From NCBI GenBank assembly GCA_015491205.1, contig WFWI01000077.1, positions 1-30,356 of the forward strand: a stretch of DNA of 30,356 nucleotides, in the 5' to 3' direction. Within the stretch, counting starts at the first letter, position 1; every line of letters starts with the position of its first letter. The stretch is from Candidatus Microgenomates bacterium (GTDB lineage: Bacteria; Patescibacteriota; Microgenomatia; UBA1406; GWC2-37-13). Below are positions 24,386 to 30,356 of this stretch, piece by piece. The translations under genes and the position numbers were made by a program. Below the pieces are notes generated by a model. It saw only the letters and a program-made list of their open reading frames with translations. It made no database searches and was not told where the DNA came from.

Positions 24386-24391
24386 ACCTGT

Positions 24392-25222
24392 ATGTATTTT
24401 ACCCTGATATCTGAGGAGGAGGCGGATGAGGAGATAAAACAAGCTTATCAGCGCCTAAAGGGCCTTTTTAAAGTGGGAAGCCTGCCCGCTTTCTTTTACT
24501 TCCTTGGAAATTTTCCTGATTACTTCCTCTCCCTTGCTTCACAGATCGAAAGGAATTTCTCCCACCCCCGTTTTAGGTGGCTCGTCAATGAGACAAAAAG
24601 TTTTTTGGCTAATATTTTTAAAGAAGCAGAAATCTGTAGGATTAACGACGTCCCTCTAAGAACCTCCTTGGCGTTTTACAAGGAGGACCTAAATAGACTG
24701 ATAGATTTAAACGTAGGCCTTTTGCTTTTAGTCCTTGCCCAAAGGGAGGCATTAAAGGGCAGGGCGTTTGGCCTAAAGAGCTTGCCCCAAGACTCCGAGC
24801 GGGCGAGGGAGTCTTTCAATGAGAATCAATTGGCGAAGGCAGACCTGCTTTGGAAGGAGGCAGGAGAGGGGAAGGGAGAATTTCTCTCCAAAAAGGAGGA
24901 ATCAATAGAGAAGTACGATCAGAGCCTTATCTTGCCCTTTGATGAGGTGCTTGCAAGGCTCTCCCTAAAATTAGAGGGGTTTTTGGCGCATGAAAGGAAT
25001 TTTCTCCTTCGCGTATCACTGGAGAGGCTACTGGTGGAACTTATAGGGATGTTGCCCGAAAAGCTACAAATAGACTATAAATATTTAGCAGGAAAAGCAA
25101 AGGAGGACCCTCGCTATCTTGAGCTCATTTATTTTCTCTCCGATGCTCTGCCGACGCTGCTGACCCATAAGGTAATGCTCTTGTTTGCCATAGAAAGACT
25201 TGCTAAACAAAGCCAAAGCTAG
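24392..25222 (+). CDS. Hypothetical protein, N-terminus DehI/AhpD-like
   Basis: ISEEEADEEIKQAYQRLKGLFKVGSLPAFFYFLGNFPDYF resembles the start of DehI/CMD-fold proteins; the rest is unrecognised. Confidence 0.5.
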   Translation: MYFTLISEEEADEEIKQAYQRLKGLFKVGSLPAFFYFLGNFPDYFLSLASQIERNFSHPRFRWLVNETKSFLANIFKEAEICRINDVPLRTSLAFYKEDLNRLIDLNVGLLLLVLAQREALKGRAFGLKSLPQDSERARESFNENQLAKADLLWKEAGEGKGEFLSKKEESIEKYDQSLILPFDEVLARLSLKLEGFLAHERNFLLRVSLERLLVELIGMLPEKLQIDYKYLAGKAKEDPRYLELIYFLSDALPTLLTHKVMLLFAIERLAKQSQS

Positions 25223-25229
25223 CCCTAAT

Positions 25230-25985
25230 TTACCGATCCAGGGTCAAAATGGATTTCAGCCTTTTTGCGTTCTCAATTGCCCAGCCTTCTGCGTCGTTGT
25301 TAAAGTAAACAAACACATCCAAGCTTTTCTTTTGCTTTTCCTTTGCCAGAAAAGCAATCTCCTCAAGCTCCCTTCTTTCATACGAGGAGCGGTAAAGCAA
25401 TTTTGAGCCGTGAAGCCTTATATAGAAAAAAGGAGCTGTCTCAACCTCAACCCTAGGCCAAAGCCTACTTCCATCTTTTTTAGCTGGCGAGTCTGAAAAA
25501 ACTAAAGCAGCATTCTCTTTTTTAAAAAGCTCATAAACCTCCTCCCTAAACCAGCTTTGATGTCGGAATTCAAAAGCGTACAAAAATTTTTCTGGAAGAA
25601 GCTTTAAAAAAAGCTGCAGCCTTTCCAAATCAAATTTTAAACCTGCTGGCATCTGCACAAGCACAACCGTTTTCCTCCCTTGTAAAGGCTCAAGGCTGGC
25701 AAAAAACTTGTCCAAGAGCAATACCTCCGGCTTTAATCTTTTAAGATGAGTGATTGACCGATGAAGCTTTAAAGAAAAGACAAAATCTTGCGAAACAACA
25801 GCCTTCCACTTTTCAATTGTGGAGCGCCGGGGGAAATGGTAAAAGGAAGAGTTTATCTCAACCGTATTAAAATGCTGGCTATAAAAGGATAAAACCTCCT
25901 CCCGCCTCAAATCCTCAGGATAAAACTTTCCTATCCAATGAGTATAATAAAATCCTGAGGTGCCAATGTAAATTTTGCCTGCCAT
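25230..25985 (-). CDS. DUF72 (YecE-like) protein
   Basis: IYIGTSGF, FNTVEINSSFY, FSLKL, AFEFRH..WF, YIRLHG, VYFNND. Confidence 0.92.
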   Translation of the reverse strand: MAGKIYIGTSGFYYTHWIGKFYPEDLRREEVLSFYSQHFNTVEINSSFYHFPRRSTIEKWKAVVSQDFVFSLKLHRSITHLKRLKPEVLLLDKFFASLEPLQGRKTVVLVQMPAGLKFDLERLQLFLKLLPEKFLYAFEFRHQSWFREEVYELFKKENAALVFSDSPAKKDGSRLWPRVEVETAPFFYIRLHGSKLLYRSSYERRELEEIAFLAKEKQKKSLDVFVYFNNDAEGWAIENAKRLKSILTLDR

Positions 25986-25988
25986 AGC

Positions 25989-26405
25989 CTACAACCTTGC
26001 CTCTTTTGAAAAGGTAATCAAAATTTCCCTCTCTCTCGGCCTCGTGTCAAAATCAATAAGCGCAATCTTTTGCCAAGTGCCAAGGTAAAGCTTGCCGTTG
26101 ACAACTGGCACGGAAAGGGAGGGGCCGATAAGCGAGGCCCTTATATGCGCTGCTCCATTATCATCTCCCCATGTCTGATGATGCCGCCAGTTTTTCTTGT
26201 AAGGCGCAATCTCCTCCAAAACTTCTTTTAGATCCTCAAAAAGGTTTGGGTCATTCTCGATTGTGGTTATAGCAGCGGTCGAACCCAAAACAAAAAGATG
26301 AAGAGTGCCATTCTCCCAACCCTCTTTTGCAGCTAGTCGCAAAACCTCTCCTGTAATATCCACAATATCAGTAAACCCTCTTGTCTTTACCGTAAACGAC
26401 CGCAT
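25989..26405 (-). CDS. yjbQ: YjbQ / UPF0047 family protein
   Basis: IVDIT, GSTAAITTIEND, HHQTWGDDNGAAHIRASLIG, LGTWQKI. Confidence 0.9.
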   Translation of the reverse strand: MRSFTVKTRGFTDIVDITGEVLRLAAKEGWENGTLHLFVLGSTAAITTIENDPNLFEDLKEVLEEIAPYKKNWRHHQTWGDDNGAAHIRASLIGPSLSVPVVNGKLYLGTWQKIALIDFDTRPREREILITFSKEARL

Positions 26406-26412
26406 AAGAAAA

Positions 26413-27495
26413 TTATACTACTTCCACCCTCTCCCCTTCCACTTTCACCACTCCCTTTATCTCAAGCATTGAAAGGAGCGACAAAAGGCGGTTTATTGGA
26501 AAACCTGTTTTTAATCTTAAATCTTCAATCTCAGCTGCTCTTCCTTCAAAAGCTGACAAAATTTTCTCTTCCTCAGGCAAAAGATTGGCCTTGTCTTCTC
26601 CATAAACTTTTACCTCTGGTAAGTACTCCTCTACAATCTCCTCTACCTTCTCAACCAACTTTGCGCCCTGCTTTATTAAAAGGTTTGGCGCTCTTGCTTG
26701 TCTGTCAAAAATCCTGCCTGGCGTGGCAAAAACATCCCTGCCTTGCTGCCCAGCATAACGGGCTGTAATTAAAGAGCCTGAGGTCTCGCTTCCCTCAACC
26801 ACCAAAACGCCCTTTGACAGACCTGAGATAATCCTGTTTCTTGCAATAAAAAGGCCTTTTTGAACAGTTGTGCCAGGAGGAAATTCTGAAATTACAAGTC
26901 CGCCCCTCTCAAGGATTTTGTTGTAAAGCGGCCGGTTTAAAGCAGGATAAACAACATCCACCCCGCACCCCAAAACCGCAATAGTTTTTCCCTCCCCTTC
27001 CAAAGCTCCTTTGTGAGCGCTGCTGTCTACCCCTAAAGCCATGCCAGAGACTATACAAAATCCTGCACGGGCAAGCTCCTTTGCAAAAGAAAAGGCCACC
27101 TGCCTGCCGTAATCTGTTGGCTGCCTTGTGCCAACTATCGCAAAATAAAGCCCCTTTTTAAAATCAAAGCTCTCCCAATCGCCTTTCACATAAAGACAGA
27201 TTGGCGGATCAGGAATATTCTTTAGAGCCTCCGGATAATCCTCATCGCAAAGCGCCACAACTCTTATGCCCTTGCCTTCACATTTTTCAAGCTCCTTTTC
27301 TATCTTAAACTCGCTCCTAAACTTTTCAAACTTTTCTGCAACTTTCTCGCCCAAAACTTCTTTTAAATTCTTAAAACTCTCCTTGTAAGCTTTTTCAGCT
27401 GAGCCAAAGTGAGCTAGAAGTTTTCCAAAACGCTCCGGCCCAATGCCAAAAAAATTGGAAAAAGCAAAGTAATACAACCTTTCCATTTTATCCAT
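26413..27495 (-). CDS. dprA: DNA-processing protein DprA (Smf)
   Basis: YPEALKNIPDPP.CLYVKG, AIVGTR, IVSGMALGVD..AH, RNRIISGLS..VLVVEG..SGSLITA..A..QGRDVFA.PG, C-terminal winged helix. True start may be ATG 27486. Confidence 0.96.
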   Translation of the reverse strand: MDKMERLYYFAFSNFFGIGPERFGKLLAHFGSAEKAYKESFKNLKEVLGEKVAEKFEKFRSEFKIEKELEKCEGKGIRVVALCDEDYPEALKNIPDPPICLYVKGDWESFDFKKGLYFAIVGTRQPTDYGRQVAFSFAKELARAGFCIVSGMALGVDSSAHKGALEGEGKTIAVLGCGVDVVYPALNRPLYNKILERGGLVISEFPPGTTVQKGLFIARNRIISGLSKGVLVVEGSETSGSLITARYAGQQGRDVFATPGRIFDRQARAPNLLIKQGAKLVEKVEEIVEEYLPEVKVYGEDKANLLPEEEKILSAFEGRAAEIEDLRLKTGFPINRLLSLLSMLEIKGVVKVEGERVEVV

Positions 27496-27501
27496 TATAA
27501 T
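27494..27501. promoter_or_regulatory. Palindromic shared -10 element ATTATAAT between dprA and prgI
   Basis: Plus TATAAT 27496-27501 (9 nt before ATG 27511); minus TATAAT 27499..27494 (7 nt before the in-frame ATG 27486). Confidence 0.65.
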
Positions 27502-27510
27502 AATTTAAAG

Positions 27511-28275
27511 ATGTATAAGCACCCAATCCCAAGGCAGATTACCACCTTTGAGTTTAAACTTATTGGCTTTTTAACTTTAAAGCAGTTTCTTTATCTTGTG
27601 ATTTTTTTTCCTTTAGGATACATCTTTTACGTGCTAACTCCTATACCTTACGTCAATATTCTATTAGGAAGTTCTATCGCCTTAATCGGCCTTGCTTTTG
27701 CGTTTTTGAAAATTCAAGAGCGGCCCTTGGAAGTCTGGCTTAAAAATCTGTTAAAAAGCCTCTCCTCGCCTACAATTTATGTCTACAAAAAAAACAATCT
27801 TGCGCCTGAGTATTTGAAGGACATAGTTCTTCCTACCTCACCAGTCAACGAGCATCTTGCCGCAAGAAAACACCTTAAAAACTACCTCTCCCAAAAAAAG
27901 TCAACCCAAGTAAAGGAAAAAAAAGGGCTTATAAGCTCGCTTTTCTTTTTCAAACCAAAAAAACAGGAAGCAGCCCAAGAAAAAAAGGAACAAACCCCTC
28001 CCTTAAACCAGCCCTTTCTTTCTGGAGTTGTCAAAAGCTCAAAGCAAGTTCCTTTGCCTGGAATTCTGGTTTATATCAAAGACCCAGAAGGCAATCCAGT
28101 GAGACTCATGAAGACCAACCCCCATGGCGTTTTTGCCACTTTCAAGCCGTTAAAAGATGGCTCATACACAATTGAAGCCTACGATCCCACAGGCGCAAAC
28201 ACCTTTGATAAAATGGAAATACAGGTGGAAGGAAGGATAACCTATCCTGTTGAAATTGTTGCCAAAAGCCTATGA
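27511..28275 (+). CDS. prgI: PrgI-family (VirB3-like) membrane protein fused to a C-terminal carboxypeptidase-regulatory-like domain
   Basis: HPIPRQITTFEFKLIGFLTLKQFLYL, two TMs, KIQERPLEVW; C-terminal SGVVKS...LPGILVYIKD...TNPHGVF...GSYTIEA. Confidence 0.8.
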   Translation: MYKHPIPRQITTFEFKLIGFLTLKQFLYLVIFFPLGYIFYVLTPIPYVNILLGSSIALIGLAFAFLKIQERPLEVWLKNLLKSLSSPTIYVYKKNNLAPEYLKDIVLPTSPVNEHLAARKHLKNYLSQKKSTQVKEKKGLISSLFFFKPKKQEAAQEKKEQTPPLNQPFLSGVVKSSKQVPLPGILVYIKDPEGNPVRLMKTNPHGVFATFKPLKDGSYTIEAYDPTGANTFDKMEIQVEGRITYPVEIVAKSL

Positions 28276-28922
28276 AAGCAAAGGATTTTAAAAACGTGCC
28301 CAAGGCTGCCACGCAGGATTTTATAGAGATTGAAGAGGTTTTTGAGGATATAGTAATGTTCAAAGACTACTCCTGTGTTAACATCATTGAGGTTGGCGCG
28401 ATAAACTATTGGTTTTTGTCCCAAGAAGAGCAAGAATCGGTCATCTACTCCTTTGCTGAGTTTTTAAACTCGCTCTCCTTTCCAATCCAGATTCTTATCC
28501 TTTCCAAAAAAATGGACATCTCCTCCTACCTTGAATATCTTGACTCAAAAATTTTCGAGCAGAAAAACCCTAGGTTTAAGGAGCTTTTAAAAAAATACAA
28601 AAACTTTATTAAAAACATTGTTGTTCAAAACACAGTTTTGGAAAGGCGTTATTTTATAGTTGTCCCCTTCTCTCCTTTAGAGCTTGGGATCCAGGCTGCC
28701 AAGGGTAAGCTTAACAAACAATACGTTTTAAACCGGGCCAAGACCTCACTTTACCCAAAAAGGGATCACATCCTGCGGCTTTTGGCAAAAATCGGGCTTA
28801 AAGGCTCAGTGCTTGGAAAGCAAGAAATAGTTGAGCTTTTCCACAACCTTTACAATCCATCCGCAACCGGAGTAAAGCTTGCACCAATTGAAAGTTATAC
28901 TGATGTTATTCAAACAACTTGA
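28272..28922 (+). CDS. TraC/VirB4 N-terminal-like conjugation-associated protein
   Basis: ATQDFIEIEEV...IIEVGAINYWFLSQEEQESVIYSFAEFLNSLSFPIQI...RYFIVVPF pattern; coupled between prgI and the VirB4 ATPase. Confidence 0.65.
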   Translation: MKAKDFKNVPKAATQDFIEIEEVFEDIVMFKDYSCVNIIEVGAINYWFLSQEEQESVIYSFAEFLNSLSFPIQILILSKKMDISSYLEYLDSKIFEQKNPRFKELLKKYKNFIKNIVVQNTVLERRYFIVVPFSPLELGIQAAKGKLNKQYVLNRAKTSLYPKRDHILRLLAKIGLKGSVLGKQEIVELFHNLYNPSATGVKLAPIESYTDVIQTT

Positions 28923-28928
28923 AATCTT

Positions 28929-30356
28929 ATGTTTTTTTCAAAAAACAAAAATAAAAAAACACAAGGCAAAAAAGCAGCCGATATTTTAGCAAAAGGCATG
29001 GTAAGCGTAAAAGATCTCATAGCCCCTCATTTTATTGAAGTTGATTTCAACCACATAAAAGTCAATGAAACTTATTACAGAACCCTTTTTGTCAGCGGCT
29101 ATCCGCGCTATGTTTCAGCCAACTGGCTTCACCCCTTAATCACTTTTGACCACCCCCTTTACATCTCAATGTTTATTTACCCAACTGAGTCAAAGGAGAT
29201 CCTGGAGCAGCTTAAGAAAAAAATTGCTGAAATGGAGGCAACAATTGAAAGCCAGATAAGACAGGGAAAAGTGGTCGACCCAGCCCTGCAGGTTGCTTTG
29301 GATGATGCTTTAGCGCTTCAGGCAGAGCTTGCCAAAGGCGCAGAGCGCTTTTTCCAATTTGCTCTTTACATCACAATTCCCGCCAAAGACAAGAAAGAGC
29401 TTGAAAATATTACAAAACAAGTAAAATCCCTTTTATCCTCCCTTCTTATCATCTCCCACCCAGCAACGCTTCAAATGGAAGAAGGCTTTAAAGCCACCCT
29501 TCCAATGTTTAAAGACAGACTTAATATTTTGCGCAATATGGACACGACCTCAATTGCCCTTACCTTCCCGTTTTCCACTGCCTCATTAACCCAAAACGAA
29601 GGCATTCTTTATGGCGTCAACACCCACGATGGAAGCCTCATCATCTTTGACAGGTTCAAAATGGAAAATGCCAACTCCGTAATTTTAGGTAAATCAGGCG
29701 GTGGAAAAAGCTTTTTGGTAAAGCTTGAGGCTTTAAGGCTTTTAACCTTGGGCGTGGAGGTAATAATTGTTGATCCGGAGAATGAGTATAAAAAACTGGC
29801 TGAATCAGCAGGCGGCGAGTTTATTGAATTTGCCCTGGACTCGCCTTATAAAATAAACCCGTTTGAGCTGCCAAAGGATAACATTGAGCCTGATGAGCTT
29901 CAAAGCAAAATCTTAGATCTTCACGGACTTTTGAAAGTAATGCTTGGAGAAGTCACTCCAAGCCAGGATGCTCTCTTGGACAAAGCCTTAGTCTTAACCT
30001 ATCAACAAAAAGGAATCACCCTTGACCCTGACACCTTTCAAAACGAACCTCCGCTCTTGGAGGACCTTTACAAAGTGCTTATTGGCATGGAAACTCCAGA
30101 GGCAAAGGAGCTTGCGAACAGGCTTGAAAAATTTGTCAAAGGCTCAGCTGCTGGGATCCTAAATCAGCGCTCAACCATAGACCTTAAAAACCAGTTTACA
30201 GTTTTTGGCCTAAGAGACCTGGAGGAGAATTTAAGGCCTGTTGTAATGTACATTGTGCTTGATTATATTTGGCGAAAAATAAGGAAAGATCGAAAAAAAA
30301 GGATTTTGGTGGTTGATGAGGCCTGGTGGCTTATTAAAAACAAGGATTCAGGTGCC
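28929..30356 (+). CDS. virB4: VirB4/TraC-like type IV secretion ATPase, 3' partial
   Basis: Not in ORF track (no stop in window). MFFSKNK...KDLIAPHFIEVDFNHIKV...GYPRYVSANWL; Walker A GKSGGGKS at 29688-29711, IIVDPENEY, KINPF, Walker B ILVVDEAW at 30303-30326, all in one frame. Confidence 0.9.
   Translation, partial: MFFSKNKNKKTQGKKAADILAKGMVSVKDLIAPHFIEVDFNHIKVNETYYRTLFVSGYPRYVSANWLHPLITFDHPLYISMFIYPTESKEILEQLKKKIAEMEATIESQIRQGKVVDPALQVALDDALALQAELAKGAERFFQFALYITIPAKDKKELENITKQVKSLLSSLLIISHPATLQMEEGFKATLPMFKDRLNILRNMDTTSIALTFPFSTASLTQNEGILYGVNTHDGSLIIFDRFKMENANSVILGKSGGGKSFLVKLEALRLLTLGVEVIIVDPENEYKKLAESAGGEFIEFALDSPYKINPFELPKDNIEPDELQSKILDLHGLLKVMLGEVTPSQDALLDKALVLTYQQKGITLDPDTFQNEPPLLEDLYKVLIGMETPEAKELANRLEKFVKGSAAGILNQRSTIDLKNQFTVFGLRDLEENLRPVVMYIVLDYIWRKIRKDRKKRILVVDEAWWLIKNKDSGA

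Noticed and set aside
793-26768. Many short overlapping ORFs in the track (e.g. 793-1080, 7580-7825, 8217-8555, 11204-11629, 15898-16176, 19922-20269, 26469-26768)
   Set aside because: They are antisense or out-of-frame shadows of well-supported genes and lack motifs or plausible starts.
1-30356. Alternative genetic code (TGA=Gly, code 25)
   Set aside because: TGA ends conserved genes at expected lengths (ychF, vapC, Phd) and no conserved ORF needs read-through.
27511-30356. Calling the prgI-virB4 block an ICE or integrated plasmid
   Set aside because: No relaxase, integrase, boundary repeats or obvious compositional shift are visible; the block is truncated, so this cannot be fully excluded.

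Overview
A bacterial chromosomal window in genetic code 11. The gene mix (PrgI, TraC-like and VirB4 genes, a cohesin-domain surface protein, a stand-alone DEDD exonuclease, a large TrbL/VirB6-like protein) suggests Patescibacteria/CPR, probably Microgenomates; this is inference, not a database result. Housekeeping genes: era, gltX, tRNA-Lys(CTT), sodA, rpiB, ychF, a dPGM-like histidine phosphatase and eno. Also present: an ECF sigma module, a GldA/F/G-like ABC transporter, two type II toxin-antitoxin modules flanking eno, the natural-transformation genes comM and dprA, and the start of a T4SS-like operon running off the right edge. Main observations: (1) dprA and comM each sit head-to-head with envelope or T4SS-like genes across 15-31 bp gaps with overlapping or adjacent -10 boxes, suggesting a co-regulated DNA-uptake/contact apparatus; (2) the VirB6-like protein has six degenerate HTH-like repeats in its tail; (3) heptamer-array elements and 13-bp palindromes occur between genes and inside gltX and eno; (4) a gene is split by a frameshift at an (AC)4 microsatellite; (5) many genes have a -10 box 6-10 nt before the start codon, consistent with leaderless transcripts. 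No CRISPR array, rRNA, integrase or transposase was seen. All family calls come from motif recognition by eye.
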